Part shown: one piece after another, positions 11,391 through 22,682 of the stretch
How the letters are laid out: each line of letters starts with the position of its first letter
Numbering within the stretch: the first letter of the stretch is position 1
Program-made: the position numbers and the translations under genes
Assembly (NCBI GenBank): GCA_950097015.1
Contig: CATNEN010000002.1
Coordinates: 7,626,001 to 7,690,000 of the forward strand
Direction: 5' to 3'
Origin: Macrostomum hystrix
Taxonomy: Eukaryota > Animalia > Platyhelminthes
Length of the DNA: 64,000 nucleotides
Notes under the pieces: model-generated
The model's database searches: none
Told to the model about the DNA's origin: nothing
The model's input: only the letters and a program-made list of their open reading frames with translations

Positions 11391-12551
11391 TCAGTCATCT
11401 TTGCTGCCCGCCATCAGTCGGCAGAACTCCTCGTAGTTGACGGAGCCATCGCCGTCCTGGTCGGCCTGCTTGATCATCTCCTCGACTTCCTCGTCCGTCA
11501 TCTTCTCGCTGAGCACCTTCATGACGTGCCGCAGCTCGTCTGTGCTGACCCAGCCCTGGCCTTCGCTGTCGAAGACGCTGAAGGCCTGCTTCAGCATCTC
11601 CTCGGAGTCCCGCCGGCGCATCTTCACCACCATGACCTCCAGGAAGCGTGGAAAGTCGATGGTGCCCTCGCCGAACTCGCTGCCGGTCCCGCCAATCAGA
11701 GACTGTCGAATTACGGGGGCAAGGATTTCAGCCTGCGTGAGTTCTCTTCAGTGTGTATTTCATTTAATTAGCCCAGCCAATTAACGAATCGTCTATGGGT
11801 GGAACTGTAGCGGCAATTAAGTATAAAATTAACCCAACATGAAATCGTTGTCTATGGCCAAGAACGGCTGCGGGCTGCGTTTGAGTTGGCCTAGGCGAAG
11901 TCGCTCAAACTGTACACACATTGTGCAACAGGAAAAGCCCAAATAAGATCCTGGTAAAAATAGAAATTCGATTTCACAATAAGCACAGCAACTGCATGTC
12001 TGTGCAAGAATTTTCAGTACAAGGAGTTCAAAGGAGGCCAAAAGCGAGAACTTACTCGAAAGGTCGCAGGTTCTCTCTGGTTACTCATGGGGCACTCTTA
12101 TTGGTCACTTCTCAGTCACTCTTCGAGATCACTCCTGGGGCACTCTTCCTGGTCCCTTCTTTTTTATACTCTTCCTGCTCACTCATTTTCACCAGCAAAA
12201 GTCTTCACTCTTCCACCTCAGTCACTCTTGTCGGTGACTCCCTGTGCACTCCATAGCGGGAACTGAAGTAAAAATGTGTAAATAAATAAAGTTGGTCTGT
12301 CCTCCAACTTTCGCCGCCAAGGACAGCCCGAAAGACGAAGTACTCCTCAAAAAATGTTCAACCATGCTGCCCCTGTCCCGCCCAGGTGAGCACAGTGAAC
12401 TCACAGCAATTTCCTCCTTGGTTGGATTCTGGCCCAGTGAACCAATCATAGTCAGCAAATCGTCGATGGTGATGTAGCCCTTGTCTTCCTTGTCGAAAAT
12501 ACTGAAGGCCTCCATGAATTCGGCAATTTGCTCCTCCGTCAGCTCCTCCAT
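11391..12551 (-). CDS. Calmodulin-like EF-hand protein (162 aa, 2 exons)
   Basis: Exons 12551-12405 (GCT|gtgagt) and 11732-11391 (cgcag|GCT), phase 0. [28 protein letters not shown]...GQNPT; [12 protein letters not shown]; [12 protein letters not shown]; [13 protein letters not shown]. Confidence 0.9.
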
Positions 12552-13775
12552 TGTGCCCGGATGGGATCTGAACAGGTGGTGTTAGACCATAGAATGAAAG
12601 CTTGATCGAGCATTAGACTAGCTTTTTACCATAGACATTTAAGCCGGTCATTGATAGTGTTCATTGCCCGTCCAACAAAAACACCAAATCCCTGCTGTGC
12701 AAAACAAACGCAGGCGTCGTTATCTATGCCCGTACCAAAACCTAAATAAAGGGACGCGAACGACCACTTTTTACCCTAGCTTTAGTCTACTTCTTAACTA
12801 CCATAGATATGTCTATGGCCCAAGCACAGTGGCCAAAGCAAACCTTAATTTGAGTCGATCAAAATGTTGAAAATGAAAAGTTTACCTTAATTAGAAAATG
12901 TGATTATGAGAAGAATTCAGGTGCAGCCTGGCAGACTTAGTTTTTTCAAGAACGCGATGTAAAAAAGACGCAGCGAGACACAATTGTGCGGCGCAAGTTA
13001 TAAAATACAGCCGAGAGACAGAGTGAAATATAAGCTTCAAGCTTTCTATCCGCACCCGACAAGAGAAGAGACAGAGAGAGGAGAGAAAGAGTAAGACCAG
13101 AGTAAGAGAGAGTTGCGCGTATCAGGTGAGGCTGGGTAAAACAGCTTCATCATCTAGCTTGCTTCTGCTTAGTTACTCGTAGTACAACTTGCTTGTGTGT
13201 GCGTAGAGTAAATATATCCCTGAATTAGTTATCCAAGACCATTATGATTATATGACTCGGGCTGCAAAGTTGAGCACAGGTGAGCACAGGTAAGCATTAG
13301 GGGAGAATTCTGAGCGTCAGAGATCCTTTTTGGTCCTGAAGAATCTGAACCCATTAATCACGGGTTGGACCTTCCAATTTGAGCGCACTTTGAGCATCTA
13401 ATAATAGATTAACGAATGAGCTTAAGAATGTGGTCCACAAGTGATGGATTTTCTTTTGTAGACACTGGCGATCACTCTAATCTGGTCACACTGGCGATCA
13501 CTCTGATCTGGTCACAGTGGTGACTCTTATCTGACCACTCTCATGCGGCCACTCTGATGATCGCTCTTATCTCTCTAAACGGACGCCTCTGAAGTCTCTT
13601 CAGCAGTTTCAGTCTAGCAGCGCTCAACTTGTCACTCTTCCAATCAAATTCCAGACCATAAAATTCGAAATTAGAAGCAAAAATAAACAAAACAACAGTG
13701 AATGATGTTTAATATTTATTTCGAAAACAACACATCCAAAAATCTGTCAGGTTCATGCTAGGCCGCTGAGACGGT

Positions 13776-14771
13776 TCACACCTTGACCTGCGTGCTGTTG
13801 CAGACGCTGCCAGCCAGGTCTGCCACAGCTCCCAGCAGGCGGTCCTCGGTGGCGCCGGACACCTGGTAGCTCGGCGATGAGGACAGCAGCTCGGCCACCC
13901 GGGCCCACTGCGGTGGCACCGGCAGGCTGGTCGGCCACTGCAGGATGCTGACGCTGGCCCAGAACGGGCTGCTGGCTCGGTAGCTCTGCAAAACCTTCTC
14001 GACCTCCGTCAGGGTGGCGTCGGTGATCACGGCGCTGTCGTCGAAGTAGGAGACCAGCACACTGGGGCGGGCGTCCAGGCTGAACTGACGCAGGAAGAGC
14101 TTGGCGTAGCGGTGGCAGGCCTTCAGCGCGTCGTCCAGCTGGAACTGGGACCAGTGCTCAATGACTGCTGCACTCTCGTCTCGCTCCATGGACTTTTGCA
14201 CCTGCGCCAGCGCCAGGAGCAGCTCGGTCTCTGATGTCAGCGGATCCGAGCCGAAAGTGGCCAGAATGTTGGTGAAGGCGTTAAAGAACACAATGGCCAC
14301 GTTGGTGCTGCCCTGTCGGTAGGTGTAGCTGAGCAGCTGCTGGATGAAGCCCAGCTTCTGGCGCCAGTTCCTGTTGAGGTGCACGAGCATGAAGATGTTG
14401 GCCTTCTCCTGCACCAGGCAGCGGAATTGCACGGCCGCCTTGCGGTGTCGCAGCTCGGCCTCAGTCAGGTTGGCCGGCGGCACGACCTCGCCTTCAATGG
14501 TGATGGAGACGACGGAGGACGTGTTCTTTGTCACGTCGATGATGAGAACTTCGGTCTTGCGACCTGGCGGTGTCTGTGGCGGCTCCACCAGGGGCTGGGG
14601 TGCCGGAGGATTCGGCGCTGACGGTACCGTGGATGTTGTTGGCGTTGTCGATTCCTCGACCGTTGGAGCAGGCGAAGAGCCGACGGCTGCCCCGGAGGTG
14701 ACCTGGGCTGCACTGAGCAGCAACAGCAGCAGCGGCAGAGCTGCAAAGAGCCCTGCTAGACGGGGAGTCAT
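13776..14771 (-). CDS. Secreted protein with Pro/Thr-rich stalk and degenerate vWA-like domain, single exon, 331 aa
   Basis: Signal peptide (MTPRLAGLFAALPLLLLLLSAAQ) and P/T-rich linker, then C..ANIFMLV, TNVAIVFF, ARPSVLVSYFD and a terminal C. This resembles the vWA strand pattern but has no DxSxS MIDAS motif. The domain call is inference. Confidence 0.65.
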   Translation of the reverse strand: MTPRLAGLFAALPLLLLLLSAAQVTSGAAVGSSPAPTVEESTTPTTSTVPSAPNPPAPQPLVEPPQTPPGRKTEVLIIDVTKNTSSVVSITIEGEVVPPANLTEAELRHRKAAVQFRCLVQEKANIFMLVHLNRNWRQKLGFIQQLLSYTYRQGSTNVAIVFFNAFTNILATFGSDPLTSETELLLALAQVQKSMERDESAAVIEHWSQFQLDDALKACHRYAKLFLRQFSLDARPSVLVSYFDDSAVITDATLTEVEKVLQSYRASSPFWASVSILQWPTSLPVPPQWARVAELLSSSPSYQVSGATEDRLLGAVADLAGSVCNSTQVKV

Positions 14772-16022
14772 GCGTGAGGCAGAAAGGTTTTCAATCTGAT
14801 GTGATTAGTCGCTTGTTGAATTGGAAGTTCTTGACTGGTTTGTTACTAAAGCATTGGCTAGTCAGGCTATAAAAACTTCACATCAAGTGAAGACTTGAGG
14901 TTGGCGCACCGATTTCACCCACCCCCTACGCAAGCGTCACAATCTCTCTCCCGATCCGAACGCCGATTGGCTCGAAGGCTGAGAGTCCAGATGCAAAAAT
15001 CTGCCGATATGAGGTGTTAAAATCGTTCAGCCAATCAGCGATTTCGCGAGTCAGTGTAAGTACATATACTAGTCGCTGTCGTGCTTTTACTAGAGAATAG
15101 AAAATCTTTCTATCAAGTTGCAGAACGTGCTTGCTAAATAAAAAATATTATTTAAAGTCAGACCTCAGAGTTTAGAATAATTCTATCAGAATATCACTTT
15201 ATTTCTGTTTGAAACTGTCAAGCGTGTAAATTATATTCATAGCGTCTAGCACACAGACAAGCTTATGAGAGACCGCTTATTGAAAGCTTATAAAAACGCA
15301 GATTTAAGAGGTGCACAATGTGTAAATTGTTGATAAAATATCTATTTCTATCAATAAATTAAACTTACATCCGTTTTTACACCGACTAAAAAGTTTATCA
15401 AGTGATGGAGAATATCGTCGATTGGTGAAAAAGAGAACGCTAAGCGGTGTCTTCAAAAATTGATTTAGAACTAAGAAAGGTAGACATGATTGTCCACCTA
15501 GTGGAGTATGTCTAATTAATCTATCTGTAGCAAATTTAAGTAGAGCAAGTAAACATCGGTATAAAGACAAAAAACTTATCATATTATCATCTGACAAGAC
15601 CAGAGATAACAATAGGGTGAAAGAAAGAATTAAAAAGGAAGATAAAAAACCGGAATTTCAGTACTTATATTTTCCTAACCTCAAACCACAGAGCTAGCGA
15701 ATGTACATATCCCGAACCACGGGACTGGCACCCACCCCACGCCCTTCCTCGTCCACAACACGCAGGGTGTACATTTTGGGGGTAGAGGGACAGTGGAACT
15801 TTGTCCAGCACTTCATTCCTTCCATTGGACTGCGTGCGTTGGCTCAGGCGCGTTCCGAACCGACCCTGTCAGCAGTTGTTTTCTCTGCACTCTGATTGGC
15901 TGACTGATCCACAACTGTCCGTTAAAGCATACCAGTGTTTCACACTGCCATCAAATAAGGCCAGAACTGGCAAAAGAACATTTCAAGAAAAAAATAGCTA
16001 CTGTGGAGGGGCAAGGCTTCAG

Positions 16023-19000
16023 CTAGAGATTCTGAAAGCTCATCTTAATGGAACATTGTGGAAAACTTGCTCGAATCGCTTCAACATCGGCGCGATTAAC
16101 CTGGCCGCAGAAGCTGACATCAAACATCTCTAGCTTCGGGCAGCTCTGCAGCACAAAATGAACGGCCTCAAGTGACACGTGGTTGGAGCCCAGGATGTCC
16201 AGCTGGCGAAGGTCGCGACAGTGCTTGGCGATCTGGCGAAGATCGACGTCTCGAATAGTTCTGGAAAAAATTCGACAGAAATGGAAAGCAAAAGTGTATT
16301 GGGGTCACAGCTTTCAGATTGTAAAGTACAGAATAGCCAATTAAGCTCCAGATCCCCGATTCGAGTCCAAGATCCCCAATTCCAGTCCAAGATCCCCAAT
16401 TCCAGTCCTAGATCCCCAAATTCCAGCCCTAGATCCCCAATTCCAGCCCTAGATCCCCAATTCCAGTCAAGATCCCCAATTCCAGTCCTAGATCACCAAA
16501 TTCCAGCCCTAGATCCCCAATTCCAGCCCTAGATCCCCAATTCCAGTCCTAGATCCCCAATTCCAGTCCTAGATCCCCAATTCCAGTCCTAGATCCCCAA
16601 TTCCAGCCCTAGATCCCTAATTCCAGTCCAAGATCCCCAATTTTAGTGTGAGATCTCCAATTCCAGTCCAAGATCTCCAATTCCAGTCCAAGATCTCCAA
16701 TTCCAGCCCTAGATCCCCAATTCCAGTCCTAGATCCCCAATTCCAGTCCTAGATCCCCAAATTCCAGCCCTAGATCCCCAATTCCAGTCCTAGATCCCCA
16801 ATTCCAGCCCTAGATCCCCAATTCCAGCCCTAGATCCCCAATTCCAGTCCTAGATCCCCAATTCCAGTCCTAGATCCCCAATTCCAGTCCTAGATCCCCA
16901 AATTCCAGCCCTAGATCCCCAATTCCAGTCCTAGATCCCCAATTCCAGCCCTAGATCCCCAATTCCAGTCCAAGATCCCCAATTTTAGTGTGAGATCTCC
17001 AATTCCAGTCCAAGATCTCCAATTCTAGTCCAAGATCTCCGATTCCAGTCCAAGATCCCCAATTCCAATCTAAAATCCACAATTCCAGCTCCCAGATCCC
17101 ACAAGCACCTGTTAGCTGTGAGGAAGAGTTTCTGCAGGCCGCGGCAGCGCTGCGCCAGCTCCGCTAGGCAGCCGTTGGCAGAGTCTACTCGGACGCACCA
17201 GCCGATGTCGAGCTCCAGCAGATGCGGGCAGCCCTCGGCCAGGACGGACAGGCTGAAGCAGCTCAGACTGCGGCTGCGCCAGAAGTCCAAGCTGAGCAGG
17301 CCGGGGCAGGACTTGGCTAGCGCGGCGACCACCTGGTCAGCGCAATCAACGCAGACGGGGCTGGCGCCCAGGTTGACGTGGCGTAGGTGGGGATTTGCGC
17401 CGATCAGGGCGCAGACCGACTGGAGGTCGATGCTGCAGCGGTACAGATTGAGCCGGTTGAGACGGCTGAGTCCAGTGGCCAGGGCGGAGTAGCCGGATTG
17501 TCCGACCCGTGGCGACATGCAGCCGGAGAGATCCAGGTCTGCGAGGGAGAGCAGGCAGCGGGCAAGATTCTTAGCGGGGTGTGGGATTCTGAGCAGGCAG
17601 TGGGATTCTAAGGAGGCAGTGGGGTTCTTGAGTAGGGAGTGGGGATCTTGAGCAGGAAGTGGGGATCCTGAGTAGGGAGTAGGGATCCTGAGCAGGAAGT
17701 GGGGATCCTGAGAAGGCAGTGAGGATCTTGAGTAGGGAGTGGGGATCTTGAGCAGGAAGTGGGGATCCTGAGTAGGGAGTGGGGATCCTGAGCAGGAAGT
17801 GGGGATCCTGAGAAGGCAGTGAGGATCTTGAGTAGGGAGTGGGGATCTTGAGCAGGAAGTGGGGATCCTGAGTAGGGAGTGGGGATCCTGAGCAGGAAGT
17901 GGGGATCCTGAGAAGGCAGTGAGGATCTTGAGTAGGGAGTGGGGATCCTGAGTAGGGAGTAGGGATCCTGAGTAGGGAGTGGGATCCTGAGTAGGCAGTG
18001 GGGATCTTGAGTAGGGAGTGGGGATCTTGAGTAGGAAGTGGGGATCCTGAGTAGGGAGTGGGGATCCTGAGCAGGAAGTGGGGATCCTGAGTAGGGAGTG
18101 GGGATCTTGAGTAGGAAGTGGGGATCCTGAGTAGGGAGTGGGGATCCTGAGCAGGAAGTAGGGATCCTGAGAAGGCAGTGAGGATCTTGAGTAGGGAGTG
18201 GGGATCCTGAATAGGGAGTGGGGATCCGAGTAGGGATTGGGGATCCTGAGTAGGGATTGGGGATCCTGAGTATACAGTGGGAATCCATAATGGATTGGAG
18301 TTTTGGAGTTTTATAGTGGGATTGGAGTGTCACCAGTCAGAGCCGGGCAATACGCCCCGATGGCCTTCAGGCAGTCGTCGTCAAGGAAGCTGCAGCTGGC
18401 CAGCCGCAGTGTGCGCAGCCGCCCGCCCCCGTCGAGTTGCGGCAGGAGCTCGCAAAAGGCCTCAGAGCTGACGCCGGAGCACCAGGACAGGTCCAGCTGG
18501 TGGCAGGCGGACAGTCGGATGGCCAGAGCCCGCAGCGAGTCGGCGGTGACTCGCAGGCAGTGCGGGCGCAGGCTGAGGCTCCGGTACAGCAGCGGGTCGG
18601 AGCTGAAGTGGTGCAGCAGGCGGCAGGTCTGGCCGATCCGCAGCAGCGACTGAAGGTCCAGCTGGCCGAGCAGCCGCGTCAGCAGCTCGGAGGGCCAGGC
18701 GCCGAACCAGCCGGCAGCGACAGCCTCGGTTTCGGCGGAGTCGGCGGCAGGATGCGAGAGGCTGACTACGGACATCTGGGTGATGATTTTTTAGAGAATG
18801 ATGTGTAGTATGCATAGCATTTTACTGCTAGAATGCTGAAACTATGTTTTAGTAGACTGAGATTCCGACCGTTTTTGCCAACAGGATCCCCACCTGTAAC
18901 CAACTCGATCTCCACCTGTAACCAACTCGATCTCCACCTGTAACCAACAGGATCCCCACCTGTTCATCAACAGAATCCCCACCTGTTCACTAACAGGAGC

Positions 19001-20899
19001 CCCACCTGTTCACAAACAGGATCCCACCTGTTCATCAACAGAATCCCCACCTGTTCACTAACAGGAGCCCCACCTGTTCACAAACAGGATCCCCACCTGT
19101 TCATCAACAGGATCCCCACCTGCTCATCAACAGAATCCCCACCTGTTCACTAACAGGAGCCCCACCTGTTCACAAACAGGATCCCCACCTGTTCATCAAC
19201 AGGATCCCCACCTGTTCATCAACAGAATCCCCACCTGTTCACTAACAGGAGCCCCACCTGTTCACTAACAGGATCCCCACCTGTTCATCAACAGGATCCC
19301 CACCTGTTCATCAACAGAATCCCCACCTGTTCACTAACAGAATCCCCACTTGTTCACTAACAGGATCCCCACCTGTTCACCAACAGGATCCCCACCTGTT
19401 CACCAACAGGATCCCCACCTGTTCACCAACAGGATCCCCACCTGTTCACCAACAGGATCCCCACCTGTTCAGCCAGCACATTGGCCGCAGCGCAGTCGTC
19501 ACTAGAAGCGCCAATGCCCACCAGCTCCACAGTGTCAATTTCCGTGTAATACTCGGCCAGGCTGCAGTTGAACTCCAGTCGGAGTCTGTTCACCGGTCGG
19601 CCGGGATGCAGGGCGGGGCAGCAGTTGTCGGCCGTCAGTTCGAGCACTCTGGAGGCGTGCGGCTCGCGACTGGGGCCACTACGGTGCCAGACACGATGCC
19701 AGACCGGCTCCGGCGAGGAGCCATCGAAGCAGATCGAGCGGGCGAAGACGGCAACAAGGCAGCCGGGAATGAAGGTCTCGTAGACGCGCACCCTCTGCAG
19801 ATGTACTGGCTGCGGATACTCCACCTCGACGAAGTCCTCGGAGCAGTAGTCAGTCGGGTAGCTGGCGGGCTGCAGGCCAATGACAGGAGCCGCTGAAGGA
19901 GCACGCGACCACCAGGGACCATAGTAGCGCTGCATGCGGGGTGAAATTCATAGGTTTGTGAGGAAGAAACATGATAAATATTGATAAGTCTAGAATGGCG
20001 TATTAACATAAAGCTAAGAAAGTTTGTTTCATTTGCCTAGGGTATTGTACATCGATCTGCCCTGGCTAGCTGCGAGACTAAACTATTTCTAAATCAATTA
20101 AAAACTTAGTTACCATGCTGCAATTTAGTTTTATTTCACAGAAATGAAAGTTTATCAATAATTACATTGTTTTATAAACTCTAAAATGCTAATTACAATT
20201 TTCTAAAATTTCATCTACTAGTATTTATCCATCTGTTTTAATTTATACATAAAGACAAAGCTCAAGATATGTAATAGATATGATAGATGCAGCTATAACA
20301 CAGAGATTTAATCTTACTTGTGTTGAGAGTTTGATTGTTATAAAATAAATTCAATCTAAATAAATAAATATAGTTGATGAGTGGCATTAATTTTATAGCA
20401 GCAGGTCGTCAAACTTGTTTCCTTGAATTTTTCTAATTACAGAAAGCAAAATTTTATTTTACTTTTTTAATTTTAATGGGCAATAAACTACAAAAAGTGT
20501 ATGTGGAAATTTAAATGCTATATAATGTCAATATTACTTTATATTAAAAACACAAAGCTAGTTACAAAATTAAATTTTTATTACTTATTATTTTAATAAA
20601 TGACAAGAAAAACTTTCCTTGTATATACAGTACAATTTTTAACTTGATCGTTATATCTATATTAAAAGCTAAATTATGAAAGAACTGCAACATATAAAAA
20701 ATGTTGATCTTACCAGAACACATGCTTCGCAAAAATCTCCATACCGAGGATAGACGGACGGCCCAGTTCCCACTAGCTGACGTACAGAATATGATCCATC
20801 TTCTGAACCATACTGGGAACTAAAAGCGACAATTTTACATGGATACTGCCTAATTGGCTTCTTGTTCATCGATATGTTTTCTGAGACACTTCGCTTCAT
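16023..20899 (-). CDS. FBXL4: F-box/LRR-repeat protein 4 (586 aa, 5 exons)
   Basis: Exons 20899-20714, 19929-19465, 18775-18334, 17538-17109 and 16260-16023, all GT-AG and phase-consistent (1761 nt). FBXL4 signatures: FSSQYGSE, YPRYGDF, EDFVEVEY, RLEFNCSLAEYYTEIDTVELVG, F-box (WPSELLTRLLGQLDLQSLLRIGQTC), LRRs, LFLTANR, QLDILG, DVSFC...IKMSFQ. Confidence 0.92.
16348..17100. repeat. 20-bp minisatellite in FBXL4 intron 4
   Basis: (agatccccaattccagtcct/ccct)n, ~37 copies. Confidence 0.97.
17575..18290. repeat. 20-bp minisatellite in FBXL4 intron 3
   Basis: (gtggggatcctgagtaggga / gcaggaa)n, ~35 copies. Confidence 0.97.
18878..19470. repeat. 23-bp minisatellite in FBXL4 intron 2, overlapping the donor site
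   Basis: (caggatccccacctgttcaccaa)n, ~26 copies. Confidence 0.97.
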
Positions 20900-22450
20900 T
20901 TATAATTAAATATAAAATTGACACGTTTATCTGCGTTTAGTTCGGTACTCGGCTAACTGTCAACAGGTGACAGGTGGCAGTTTGAGAGTTTAGCGAGACA
21001 GAGGGAGGGAAAGTTTAATCGAATGGCAGTTTTAAGTAACTTGCTTATATTTGACTGTCATCGTGCGCAGTACTACTAATAGCTTGAAAGTATATGTTAA
21101 TCTCAATATGTATCAAATATCAAATGGAAACGTGAATCTTTACAACCATCAGCGCACTACCTATACTGGAATACCTATATGGCTATATATAAATATTAAA
21201 TTCCAACTTAATTCGATATCATCAAATTCATCACGGTAGACCGATAAAAGAAAAAAGAATATTTTAAATCTATGCTAGTTAACGACAACATGACACAAAG
21301 TAAAAGAAAACTCTATGAAATATTATTAGTGATAATGTGTTTTCTGCAAAACAATATATAGAAAATAACAAAAAATTATATACAGTAAAAATTGATATAT
21401 ATAAATAAATTTAAATCATTGCTATATTTATAAAAATAAATCATTACGCAGATCAGTCATAACTCATTCACGATTCATTGCTGTTTCGATGTGGTCAGAT
21501 CAATTCGATATTTTTTTGCAGTGCTTGAAATAATTGTATGAGCATCTCCGTTTAATTTAAAACTGTTTCAGGTAGATCTGGTATAACAAGAAGGGACTTG
21601 GAAATAGGAAAATTTGTAGCCAGCGTTGAAGCTAATAGACTTCTACTTGCACTTCGGCTTAGAGGTTTAGAACTTTCTAATCGGCCACGGGAGTAGCTAG
21701 CGCATGTATCTGATGCATTAACGGTCCAGCAGAAGTGTATTGTAGCAGTTTGGAATTCACGATTTTCACATAGATTAAAAACGGGAATTAAAAAAAGTTG
21801 AATGAACAATTAAATACCGTGAATCAAACGCGTTTTCGTTCAGGACAGGTTTAGTGCATCAATGACCTTTTATTTTAGTCAGTTCTGGTGCATTGATATC
21901 TCATGAAGCAGTGTTAACTGAACGAACTTACTTGGTAAAAAATAGCTAAAACGGACGGAAAACCATGGCTTTTCTAAAGTTCTTGAAGTTTAATTCAAGT
22001 TGAAAATAGATGCACTAGCGAAGGATGATACCATTTACCTTTTCCAAGTAAATGAATTGTAAATTAATCATATCATTTGATAGCTATCAAAGCAATGTTT
22101 TGGTTATCAAAGCCAGTTTAGATATGATTGAGTTATCACTCTGATGCGCTGCACCAAATGACTTACAATAAGATAAGCACCATCATGCACAACTACAAGT
22201 AAATACAATATTTACTTTATAAATAATAATTACAGTCTCAGAGTGTCAGCAAAGTACAAAGCGATCGAGCAGCTCGACCGAAAACTTAAACAACTATTAT
22301 TTTATCACATGAGAATGAGAATAAATTAATGACATGGCATCAATTTAGCAAGGATCACAACTAAGTTATTTTAGTTTTGATTAGCGGAGAATACCTAGGG
22401 CAGGTAATATACACTTGTATTTATAAAAACCTGTGGAAAGCCCTATTTCA

Positions 22451-22540
22451 GTCACGTGACATACCTCAGCGAATGTGATTGGCTAATGAGTGCTATTTTT
22501 AGAAACCTTAATACTGTCCCGCGAATGTGATCGGCTAGGG
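22451..22540. promoter_or_regulatory. Palindromic GTCACGTGAC E-box with two gaatgtga(t/tc)ggcta CCAAT-like copies upstream of FBXL4
   Basis: Motifs read directly at 22451-22460, ~22471 and ~22523. Function is not demonstrated. Confidence 0.3.
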
Positions 22541-22682
22541 ACCTGCTGCATTAAAAAACACATTTAGGGACTTTTTTTACGTTTTAAATATCAATCCAGT
22601 AAATAAGCCTAACTTCTCACTTAAGTTCAGTCGAAGTAATTTTCGCAGTAAACGATGCAAATCAGTGTCAGCCAGCTGACAA

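Noticed and set aside
17608-18333. 241-aa Pro-rich ORF and similar repeat ORFs (975, 26140, 49847, 52899, 11100)
   Set aside because: These are translations of minisatellites, mostly inside introns of well-supported genes.
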